The position numbers and the translations under genes were made by a program. Shown here in pieces: positions 52,530 to 59,220 of a DNA stretch of 64,000 bases. The notes under the pieces were generated by a model, which saw only the letters and a list, made by a program, of their open reading frames with translations, made no database searches and was not told the DNA's origin. Source of the stretch: a virus; IMG/VR virus record IMGVR_UViG_3300045988_100041; one strand, written 5' to 3'. The stretch's first letter is position 1; each line of letters opens with the position of its first letter.

Positions 52530-52557
52530 TGCTTGAGAAATTTTTCTTTCTGTTTCC

Positions 52558-52588
52558 AGCGTAGCAAATGAAAAAAGGAACTATGCAA
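52558..52588 (-). promoter_or_regulatory. TTGCAT-N19-TACGCT promoter-like element (family copy 3)
   Basis: - strand reads GTGTTGCATAGTTCCTTTTTTCATTTGCTACGCT, immediately upstream of box j. Confidence 0.3.
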
Positions 52589-52603
52589 CACGCAGACAAA
52601 AAG

Positions 52604-52631
52604 AAAAGCCGCCCCGGATGGAGCGGCTTTT
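52604..52631. terminator. Bidirectional terminator after 52633..52980
   Basis: AAAAGCCGC (52604-52612) pairs with GCGGCTTTT (52623-52631), with a 10-nt loop. Uridine tracts follow on both strands. Confidence 0.55.
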
Positions 52632-52632
52632 T

Positions 52633-52980
52633 TCATGCTCGGGTGGTCAGCGGCTGGACTTGCGCGGCGGTGAAGAAGTGGGAAAGTTTCAGGCGGCAAT
52701 AGCCGCCGGTTTTTTCGGATTCTTCCGTGTCCGGGAGATCGTCCGCCTCTTTTCCTTTGATATACTTCCAGATCGAAAAGCTCGCGACGGCGTGTTCGCC
52801 CTTTTTCACGCAATAGCCGCGCTGTTTCCAGGCGTTAAAGGTGTGGATTTCTTCCGGGAGTTCCAGCCGTTCGGTGGTTCCGTCATCGTTTTCGACTTCC
52901 ACGAAGCGGCCCGTGCCGGTTAAAACGCCCTCATTCATCAGGCGGAAGGATTCGTTCAGGATAATCGATTCGTTTGTCAT
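52633..52980 (-). CDS. ArdC-N-terminal-like (ssDNA-binding, antirestriction-associated) small protein
   Basis: 115 aa from ATG 52980 (CGGAGGTAAACACCATG). HTFNAWKQRGYCVKKGEHAVASF resembles the W..Q....G..V.KGE core of ArdC N-domains (from memory). Confidence 0.45.
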   Translation of the reverse strand: MTNESIILNESFRLMNEGVLTGTGRFVEVENDDGTTERLELPEEIHTFNAWKQRGYCVKKGEHAVASFSIWKYIKGKEADDLPDTEESEKTGGYCRLKLSHFFTAAQVQPLTTRA

Positions 52981-53135
52981 GGTGTTTACCTCCGTTTTTT
53001 GGTGAGAATTATTTTGAGTTGAAATTTTTGAAGCTTGAAAGTTGAACTCGTTCACAAAAGAAGCACAAATGCCACTCTCGCAAAATATGAGTTTAAGTAA
53101 ATCGACTGTTTTGTGTTTGGTTTGTTCTGTTTTCA

Positions 53136-53162
53136 GTTCTACGGCGTTTTTTCATTTGTACC
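53136..53162 (-). promoter_or_regulatory. GGTACA-N15-TAGAAC promoter-like box (variant copy o)
   Basis: - strand reads CCGGTACAAATGAAAAAACGCCGTAGAAC. A ~150-nt AT-rich leader with four TTGAA repeats follows. Confidence 0.4.
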
Positions 53163-53235
53163 GGTGATTTTTCACTTTTTTTCAGCTTTTTCAGGGCAAA
53201 AAAATAGACCGGATTTCTCCGGCCTTGCGGTTTTT

Positions 53236-53562
53236 TCAGAGTTTTCGCATGAGTTCTGCTATCAGGTCTTCACTTCCGGCGAGAAGTTCCGCGATTTTTT
53301 CCGGCGTGTAGATTGTTTCCGTGTCGCTTTTCAGCCATTCTACGGAGTTGATGTAGTCGCAGATTTTCGGGTTATAGTTCAGGCGCTGGACGTATTCGCA
53401 GAGTTCCTGCTTTACGTCGTTTTCCGTTCTGCAGTCCAGCGCTCGCGTGATGGGTTCGACGATTTCCTGGAAAACTTCTGCGTATCCGGATACGGCGGTG
53501 TAGAAGTCGTGCGCGTTGTACGGCGTGCCGTCGGCGCGGTCTAAAATCAGGTCGATAATCAT
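53236..53562 (-). CDS. Hypothetical protein
   Basis: 108 aa; AAGGAGAC RBS. Preceded by box k. Confidence 0.55.
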   Translation of the reverse strand: MIIDLILDRADGTPYNAHDFYTAVSGYAEVFQEIVEPITRALDCRTENDVKQELCEYVQRLNYNPKICDYINSVEWLKSDTETIYTPEKIAELLAGSEDLIAELMRKL

Positions 53563-53604
53563 TTTTTCAGTCTCCTTTACGGTTTGTTTTGCTTTCTATC
53601 TTCG

Positions 53605-53633
53605 GTTCTACCGGTTTTTTGCGGTTGTCCCGC
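53605..53633 (-). promoter_or_regulatory. GCGGGACA-N15-TAGAAC promoter-like box (copy k)
   Basis: - strand reads GCGGGACAACCGCAAAAAACCGGTAGAAC. Confidence 0.5.
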
Positions 53634-53641
53634 TGACGGGC

Positions 53642-53681
53642 AAAAAAAATCCGGGTGATTTTTCACGTCCCCCGGTTTTTT
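53642..53681. terminator. Bidirectional terminator after 53748..53972
   Basis: AAAAAAAATCCGGGTGA...TCCCCCGGTTTTTT: a stem with one mismatch, flanked by A and T tracts. Confidence 0.5.
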
Positions 53682-53747
53682 GCGAAAATTGCGAAAAGCA
53701 CTGCATATTTTTTGTGAATAAATATGCAGCTGAGCGCGGCGATTGTT

Positions 53748-53972
53748 TCAGCGGTGCAGCGGCAGACCGCCGATGCCGTAGGAATCAAAGGAAAAGTTCC
53801 AGAAAACCGCCGAAATCTTCAAGGAATCGATAAATTTGATGGCTTTTGTGTTGGTTGGGAAGTTCTCCTCGAAGTCGAGAATGTCGCCGGTGACGGACGA
53901 TGGCCAGTTGTAGCGCACAAGGAACCCAGCAGGGGTTTTGCTGAGATTCGCGACGATTTTTGTTTTTTTCAT
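53748..53972 (-). CDS. Hypothetical small protein
   Basis: 74-aa ORF preceded by box l. Confidence 0.5.
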   Translation of the reverse strand: MKKTKIVANLSKTPAGFLVRYNWPSSVTGDILDFEENFPTNTKAIKFIDSLKISAVFWNFSFDSYGIGGLPLHR

Positions 53973-54005
53973 GGCGTTTCGTTCCTTTCTGATGTTCTAT
54001 CTTCA

Positions 54006-54034
54006 AATCTACCGCGTTTTTCACGCTGTCCCGC
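54006..54034 (-). promoter_or_regulatory. GCGGGACA-N15-TAGATT promoter-like box (copy l)
   Basis: - strand reads GGCGGGACAGCGTGAAAAACGCGGTAGATT. Confidence 0.5.
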
Positions 54035-54071
54035 CGCAAAAAAGAAAATTTTTCTGTTCAGGAAATACGAA

Positions 54072-54098
54072 AGCGCCCCGGAAGTCATCCGGGGCGCT
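54072..54098 (-). terminator. Stem-loop terminator after 54119..54343
   Basis: AGCGCCCCGGA (54072-54082) pairs with TCCGGGGCGCT (54088-54098), an 11-bp stem. Confidence 0.5.
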
Positions 54099-54118
54099 GT
54101 TCTGTATTTTGCGGCTGT

Positions 54119-54343
54119 TCAGGCCGCGCGGAACGGCTCAATATCCGTATCGTGCCGTTCCCAATCGTCGCGGACACAATCCGCGCCGCCGCAGCCGCGC
54201 CCGCAGGGGCAAGTAACGCCGCGCCAGACCACTGCGCCGCCAACGTCGACGATCTCGACGTTGCAGAGATCACCAGCCCCGCACGTCGGGTCGTTGCTTG
54301 AAAAGTCTCCAAAGCGGAGACGCAAGCCGTTTTTCAAAACCAT
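54119..54343 (-). CDS. Small Cys/Gly-rich protein
   Basis: 74 aa from ATG 54343 (GGGAGGTAAAATTATG). CGAGDLC...CPCGRGCGGADC. Confidence 0.45.
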   Translation of the reverse strand: MVLKNGLRLRFGDFSSNDPTCGAGDLCNVEIVDVGGAVVWRGVTCPCGRGCGGADCVRDDWERHDTDIEPFRAA

Positions 54344-54401
54344 AATTTTACCTCCCGTTTCGGTTCGGCGGCTGTTCAGGCCGCTGCTGTTCACGGTTTT
54401 A

Positions 54402-54430
54402 ACTCTACCGCTGTTCTGCGTTTGTCCCGC
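54402..54430 (-). promoter_or_regulatory. GCGGGACA-N15-TAGAGT promoter-like box (copy m)
   Basis: - strand reads GCGGGACAAACGCAGAACAGCGGTAGAGT. Confidence 0.45.
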
Positions 54431-54457
54431 TCGCCGGAAGATTTTTTTCGCCGCTGT

Positions 54458-54808
54458 TCAGGGATTTTCAGGCTGTTCAGGAGATTTCCGCGCGGGCTGT
54501 TCAGGCGCTGGAACTTCTGGGGAGTTTTCCGGCGGCTGTTCTGAGCGTGCGCGTTCCGGCTGCTCTGGTTTTTTTGCCGCCGGTGGCAGGCTCCCGCGGT
54601 CCAGGCAGGCGCGGACATACTCCACCAGCGCGGCGTTTACCGTCTGGCCGGACGCTTCGCAGATCGCCCGGAAGCGCTCGCCCGTGGCCGTGTCCACCTT
54701 GGCTGCAAGCGTGATTCGGTTAACCGCCGCCCATGCGTTTTGTGTCCGCCGCGCCGCGTCCGTCCGTCTGCTGTTTGGGTTCTTTGCAATCGACATTTTA
54801 AAATGCAT
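54458..54808 (-). CDS. Ribbon-helix-helix protein with PEQP-repeat tail; first gene of the leftward array
   Basis: NRITLAAKVDTATGERFRAICEASGQTVNAALVEYVRACL has an RHH pattern. The C-tail is KKPEQPERARSEQPPENSPEVPAPEQPARKSPEQPENP. The start is ATG 54808 or 54796. Confidence 0.55.
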   Translation of the reverse strand: MHFKMSIAKNPNSRRTDAARRTQNAWAAVNRITLAAKVDTATGERFRAICEASGQTVNAALVEYVRACLDRGSLPPAAKKPEQPERARSEQPPENSPEVPAPEQPARKSPEQPENP

Positions 54809-54836
54809 CCTCGCTTTCGTTCGCTTTACACTTTTT

Positions 54837-54864
54837 ATTCTACCGGCGCAGGCCGGTTTGTACC
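54837..54864 (-). promoter_or_regulatory. GGTACA-N16-TAGAAT leftward promoter (variant copy n)
   Basis: - strand reads TGGTACAAACCGGCCTGCGCCGGTAGAAT, ~30 nt upstream of the RHH start. Confidence 0.5.
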
Positions 54865-54886
54865 ATCGGCAAAATGAACAAAAATA

Positions 54887-54894
54887 GGTTAACC
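54887..54894. promoter_or_regulatory. Operator-like palindrome GGTTAACC (site 1)
   Basis: AAAATAGGTTAACCGATT. One of three copies in the divergent intergenic region. Confidence 0.5.
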
Positions 54895-54923
54895 GATTCG
54901 TACATTTTTTCATAAATTAAGTG

Positions 54924-54952
54924 TTGAAAATAGGTTAACCAATGATTATAAT
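54924..54952 (+). promoter_or_regulatory. Rightward early promoter with an operator in its spacer
   Basis: TTGAAA (54924-54929), a 17-nt spacer containing GGTTAACC, then TATAAT (54947-54952). Confidence 0.6.
54933..54940. promoter_or_regulatory. Operator-like palindrome GGTTAACC (site 2)
   Basis: AAAATAGGTTAACCAATG, inside the spacer of the rightward promoter. Confidence 0.5.
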
Positions 54953-54965
54953 ATAGATATTAAGA

Positions 54966-54973
54966 GGTTAACC
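54966..54973. promoter_or_regulatory. Operator-like palindrome GGTTAACC (site 3)
   Basis: TAAGAGGTTAACCAATC, just downstream of the predicted rightward transcription start. Confidence 0.5.
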
Positions 54974-55033
54974 AATCAAGCGAAACAACGAACGCCCCGC
55001 AGGGCATAGGCCAAAGGCCGGAAAGGAAAACAG

Positions 55034-55648
55034 ATGAAATACACAATCGAGCTTCAATCGAAAGATATTAGCAGCCTTTGCAGGGCCTGCACACACATCC
55101 AGAGCGATTTTATCAAAGACGCCGACGATCTCACAATCAGCGAGGAACGCCGCGAACAGTGCGCGAGATCGGCGGAATATTGGGGCAGCCTGCGCGCCAA
55201 CATCCGCAAGCAGTGGAACGCAGCAATGGACGCCGCCGACGCCGCACGCGAGGCAAAGCAAGCCGCCAATCAGGAGCAGGAAGCCCCCGCGCAGGACACC
55301 GCCGAGATCATGCAGCAGGCCGTGACGCTCCCGCAGCGCGTCGCCTTGTACGTCCCCGGCACGCAGGGAGCCGACACCGCAACCGATAACGCCGCGCAAG
55401 TCGAGCGCGTCGCGGCGGAGTTCTCCCGGATGTTTGGCGGCGCGACCGCCCAGGAATCAAACGGCTTTTGGATGTCCAATACCGCCGGACTGGTCCGGGA
55501 GACCGTGACCATCGTTTACGCCAACTGCACCGCCGACCAGCTCCGCGAACGCCTGCCGGACGTGCTGACGCTGGCCCAGCAGATCAAGCGCGAAATGGCG
55601 CAGGAAGCCGTCAGCGCCGAGATCAACGGCACACTGTACATCATCTGA
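55034..55648 (+). CDS. Hypothetical protein, first rightward early gene
   Basis: 204-aa ORF with a GGAAAGGAAAACAGATG RBS. A 9-bp hairpin (55661-55682) follows. Confidence 0.6.
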   Translation: MKYTIELQSKDISSLCRACTHIQSDFIKDADDLTISEERREQCARSAEYWGSLRANIRKQWNAAMDAADAAREAKQAANQEQEAPAQDTAEIMQQAVTLPQRVALYVPGTQGADTATDNAAQVERVAAEFSRMFGGATAQESNGFWMSNTAGLVRETVTIVYANCTADQLRERLPDVLTLAQQIKREMAQEAVSAEINGTLYII

Positions 55649-55702
55649 ATTATTGCCATCCCCGGCGGCACACGCCGCCGGGAACCGAGAAAGGAGCACA
55701 AA

Positions 55703-55942
55703 ATGCAGAATCTACCGATCAACATTTCTCCCACCTGCGCGGGAATCTGGCACATGCCCGAAGAGATCCGCGCCGCAGCCGCCGACGGTCTGCGAATCGA
55801 CTACAACGCCGGACGCGGGCACGTCATCCGCTGCCGGAAGGCGGCAAGCGTCGCAGGATGGATTACAGCCGTAACCGTCAGCGGCTCCATTTTGCAGGCG
55901 TGGGCCGGTGAATTTACTGTTGCCGGGGAGGTGAGAGCATGA
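55703..55942 (+). CDS. Hypothetical small protein
   Basis: 79 aa; AAAGGAGC RBS; ATGA overlap with the next gene. Confidence 0.5.
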   Translation: MQNLPINISPTCAGIWHMPEEIRAAAADGLRIDYNAGRGHVIRCRKAASVAGWITAVTVSGSILQAWAGEFTVAGEVRA

Positions 55943-56214
55943 GCACAACCAACCAGCAGGCGCACCGCCTGCCCCTGCTGCACATCAACGCCGACGAACG
56001 GCACGCGCTCGAAAGCTTCGGCGAGTGGTCCCCGGCAATGGCCCGCGCCTGCATGGAGCGAAACCGCCTGAATTTCGACGATGTGGAGCAGATCAACAAT
56101 CACTTTGAATCGCACCGTTGGGGAAGCGATACGGATAGGCGATACCGCAAAGCCGCCGTAAACCGCGCCATTAAAGCCGTAGCGGCCAACCCTGCCGCAT
56201 ATCTGGCCGATTGA
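55939..56214 (+). CDS. Hypothetical small protein
   Basis: 91 aa, translationally coupled to the upstream gene. Confidence 0.5.
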   Translation: MSTTNQQAHRLPLLHINADERHALESFGEWSPAMARACMERNRLNFDDVEQINNHFESHRWGSDTDRRYRKAAVNRAIKAVAANPAAYLAD

Positions 56215-56305
56215 TACCGGCCGCCCCGGACACCCTAGCAGAGCCGCACCGGGCACCAAAGCGGCCCCGCCCCATCAAATAAAACGAAAAAGGAGATCAT
56301 CACCA

Positions 56306-57040
56306 ATGAGAAAATCACAGATCATGCGGCAGGCGTGGAGCCTTTACCGCGCCACCGTCGCGGAGTTCCCGGAAACCCGCAGCCGCGCACAGTTCGCGCT
56401 TTGCCTGAAAGAAGCGCACCGCATCGCAAACACCGCCGCGAACGCCCGCCGCGAGTGGGAGCAAATGACCGGCGCGCAGCAGTTTGAAGCCTTAACGCGC
56501 ATGGCGTGGGCGGTCCGGAAGCGCGCAGAAGCCACCGGGCGCGGAATCGATACAGAGTGGATACGCACCACGGACGACGCGCAGACCGTCGCCGCCGACG
56601 CATGGCCGCGCGTTTTGTCTGCGCTGGACCGCAACGACCAGCGCGAGGACCCGCGCCCCCTTGTGTTTATCCTTTACGCCGCCTGCACCCAGGCAGCGCA
56701 CAGCATCAGCCGCGCCGAAATCCGGCACGTTTCCGCCTGCATCAGCGCAGACGCCATCACCCAAGCCGCGCAGCTTGAAACGGCAGGCGCACAATCCCCA
56801 CTTGATATGCTCCCCAGCGTCACCGCGTCCCGCTTCGGCGGAGACCTGGAAGAAGGCTACAGCATCCGCGCCGCCCTGGACACCGCCGCCGGAGACAAGG
56901 ACGGACGCGCCATCGTCGCAGGCATCGCCGCCGGTTACACGGTCCGCGAGATTGCCGATCAACTAGGCATGAGCAAAAGCGCCGTACAGCGCCGCATTGA
57001 CAAGATACGCGCCGCCTACCTCGCGCAGATGCAGGCATAA
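56306..57040 (+). CDS. Sigma-70-family-like protein (region 2-like and region 4 HTH)
   Basis: 244 aa. The C-terminal AIVAGIAAGYTVREIADQLGMSKSAVQRRIDKIRAAY is a region-4.2 / LuxR-type HTH. DDAQTVAADAWPRVLSAL...FILYAACTQAA is region-2-like. AAAGGAG RBS. Confidence 0.55.
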   Translation: MRKSQIMRQAWSLYRATVAEFPETRSRAQFALCLKEAHRIANTAANARREWEQMTGAQQFEALTRMAWAVRKRAEATGRGIDTEWIRTTDDAQTVAADAWPRVLSALDRNDQREDPRPLVFILYAACTQAAHSISRAEIRHVSACISADAITQAAQLETAGAQSPLDMLPSVTASRFGGDLEEGYSIRAALDTAAGDKDGRAIVAGIAAGYTVREIADQLGMSKSAVQRRIDKIRAAYLAQMQA

Positions 57041-57742
57041 CAGCACCAACGACACCACCAGCCGCCCCGGAACACCCCGGAGCGGCTTAATCATGCCTAG
57101 CCCATCATATCACCCCGCCGCCACCGCCAAAGCCCCCAGCATCCACCAGACAGCCCCCCACGGCGTGCCTACCACGCCACCGCCCCGCCGCCCTCGCGTA
57201 TGCGCGCACACGTACTATATTATAATCGCGTGCGTGCGCGTGCGTTGATTGCCCGCGCAGTATAAAAAGATATACTAGAGTACACCAAAGAGCCAACCAC
57301 CACGCCAAACCAGAGCCAACCAACGCCCACTTGATCAAGAGTTCACCCACTCAAGCAAGCATTCAGCAGGTCAAAAGAGAGGACACAAGGAGGGAGGGGA
57401 GGAAGTGTTCGCGGCTTTGCCGTGTTCAGAACCCCGTGAAACAATGTTTTCCACTGTTTCACGAAATTGCACCGCCGAAGTCGGAGTTTTCCGCATTGAA
57501 ATACGCCAGCTTTAAGCAACCTACCGCAGAAAGCATGTAAAAATCAGATATTTGTTTACATTTCTGTTAGTAATGTAAACGACTGTCAGCCCGTCCGACC
57601 GTCACAGCGGCACAAACGCAGCAGCCCCACCCCCATTTTACAATCCCCGAAGGTCTTTTGTACGCGCTACCGCGCATAGCTCTTCCCCCTCCATCCATGT
57701 TCCACACCTCTCGCCGCGTCAGCCAACAAAGCCACGACCACG

Positions 57743-57772
57743 CCACCTACACAGAAATAGGTGGTGTTTTTT
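57743..57772 (+). terminator. Intrinsic terminator inside the 57.0-58.0 kb non-coding region
   Basis: CCACCTA (57743-57749), an 8-nt loop, TAGGTGG (57758-57764), then TGTTTTTT. Confidence 0.55.
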
Positions 57773-57995
57773 GCGCCTATAGGGGGGTACTTTCTAATTC
57801 CTGCGGGAAAAATTGAATCTGGGGAAACAAAAAGCCAAAAAATAAAATTTGCGCGGTTGCCTTTCGGCAACATAACAGAAGGCCTACGGACGCATAGTGG
57901 GTAAGGCTTGCGTATATGGCAGATCGCAGGCGGGGCGGTGTTGCATGTTTTCTTTGGGCGTTTGCTATGCTGAGAATGTAAGGGAGGTTTGAAGG

Positions 57996-58346
57996 ATGTC
58001 TTTTACATTCCAGTGCGATTATTGCGGAGCCACGGTAACGAGCGAGAGAAGGAACAGGAAATCTCCGCACAGATTTTGTGGGTATTCATGCGCGGCAAAG
58101 TGGAGATCTAAATACGGCTGTGCTCGAACAGGCCCAAGAAGCGCGGCTGGTGGACTTCCACATGAGAATGTGCGTATCCGGATGACAAAGGAATTGGAAT
58201 TATTTCCGGAGTTCCGACCGGAGCGTGGAGAAACGTATCCTGCGGAGCGATACGCAGGGCAGGGCGGAGTAAAAAGAGCGGGATATGTCATATGCGTGAA
58301 TGGGCATCGGGTAAATATCCGGGCGGATGAGTGCGTGGAGGTGTGA
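57996..58346 (+). CDS. Small Zn-ribbon protein, paralog of 852..1244
   Basis: CDYCG...FCGYSCAAKW, and a C-terminal YPAERY...GHRVNIRADECVEV block. GGGAGG RBS. Confidence 0.6.
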   Translation: MSFTFQCDYCGATVTSERRNRKSPHRFCGYSCAAKWRSKYGCARTGPRSAAGGLPHENVRIRMTKELELFPEFRPERGETYPAERYAGQGGVKRAGYVICVNGHRVNIRADECVEV

Positions 58347-58354
58347 GGGTAAGC

Positions 58355-58756
58355 TTGAGGGAGATTTTATTCAGAGGAAAGCGTGTAGACAGCGGCGCGT
58401 GGTCATATGGTTCTTTGGTCATCCGGAAGAAAGACGATGGCGGAAGGAAATACTTCATCAGTGGGTTTGAACCGTTCAGCAAGGCAGGCGAGGTCTTAGG
58501 AGAAACCGTCGGAGAATACACAGGCTTCCGGGACACAAGCGGGAACGCGGTGTTTGAGGGGGATGTTGTGGAAGATCTTGCGTTTGGCGTGTACGATGTG
58601 GTGATGACGATGTGGGGCTTCCGGGCGGTTGACAGAAAGACCGGGGCAAGCTATGGACTGCGGGAGTTTGGCGGGCTTCGGCGCGTTGGAACGGTGTTTG
58701 ATGAACCGTACAGGAAGAAAGAAGAAAATCAGGGTGAAGAAGGGCAGGCGGAATGA
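58355..58756 (+). CDS. YopX-domain protein
   Basis: Starting at TTG 58355 gives MREILFRGKRVDSGAW..., the usual YopX N-terminus. YTGFRDTSGNAVFEGDVV also fits. The listed ORF starts at GTG 58331. Confidence 0.65.
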   Translation: MREILFRGKRVDSGAWSYGSLVIRKKDDGGRKYFISGFEPFSKAGEVLGETVGEYTGFRDTSGNAVFEGDVVEDLAFGVYDVVMTMWGFRAVDRKTGASYGLREFGGLRRVGTVFDEPYRKKEENQGEEGQAE

Positions 58757-59220
58757 ACTGCAAGAAGAAAGACTGCTTCAACTGCCCGTATCCGGACTGC
58801 ATCAATGACTATGTGAAAAAAGAGTATGACCGTCCTGCAGCCTATATCAAAAAGCAGGTGGAGCGGCAGTCAGAGAGAATCCAACAGCGTGCGGAGGCGG
58901 GGCTTTGCACAACATGTGGGAAAAGACCACCGAGGAATGGATACCGAACGTGCGCAGAGTGTCAGGCAAGGAGCAGACGGTATGCAAACCGGCACAACCG
59001 AAGCATCGGGAGAGTACCGGAGAGTTTGCTGGATGGCGTGAGCTTATGCAAGCGGTGCGGAAAAGCTCCGCCGACAAGCGGGTATAAGCTCTGCGAGCGG
59101 TGCTTGGAATCGGCACGAAGGGCGCTGGACCATACACCATCACACAGCGGAATTTTCGTGGATAACAATTTTACGCGGGCGCTTCGCGCCGATGCAGAAA
59201 GGATGAAAGCAAAAACATGA
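58753..59220 (+). CDS. Multi-Zn-ribbon protein
   Basis: CFNCPYPDC, then two repeats C(T/K)xCGKxPPxxGYxxCxxC. Confidence 0.55.
   Translation: MNCKKKDCFNCPYPDCINDYVKKEYDRPAAYIKKQVERQSERIQQRAEAGLCTTCGKRPPRNGYRTCAECQARSRRYANRHNRSIGRVPESLLDGVSLCKRCGKAPPTSGYKLCERCLESARRALDHTPSHSGIFVDNNFTRALRADAERMKAKT

Noticed and set aside
53015-53049. Four TTGAA(A) repeats in the leader of the ArdC-N-like gene as a regulatory array
   Set aside because: It is a short AT-rich sequence with no dyad symmetry and no second occurrence in the window. There is too little evidence to call it a site; it is only noted in the box o entry.
54100-54560. Short direct repeats GCTGTTCAGG as a CRISPR array, iterons or binding sites
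   Set aside because: The spacing is irregular, and most copies encode the PEQP peptide repeat of the RHH protein tail. There are no CRISPR-like unique spacers of constant length.
53724-54887. 387-aa ORF on the + strand
   Set aside because: It runs antisense across four short - strand genes that each have an RBS, a promoter box and a terminator. The translation is low-complexity (Pro/Arg/Ser/Ala-rich).
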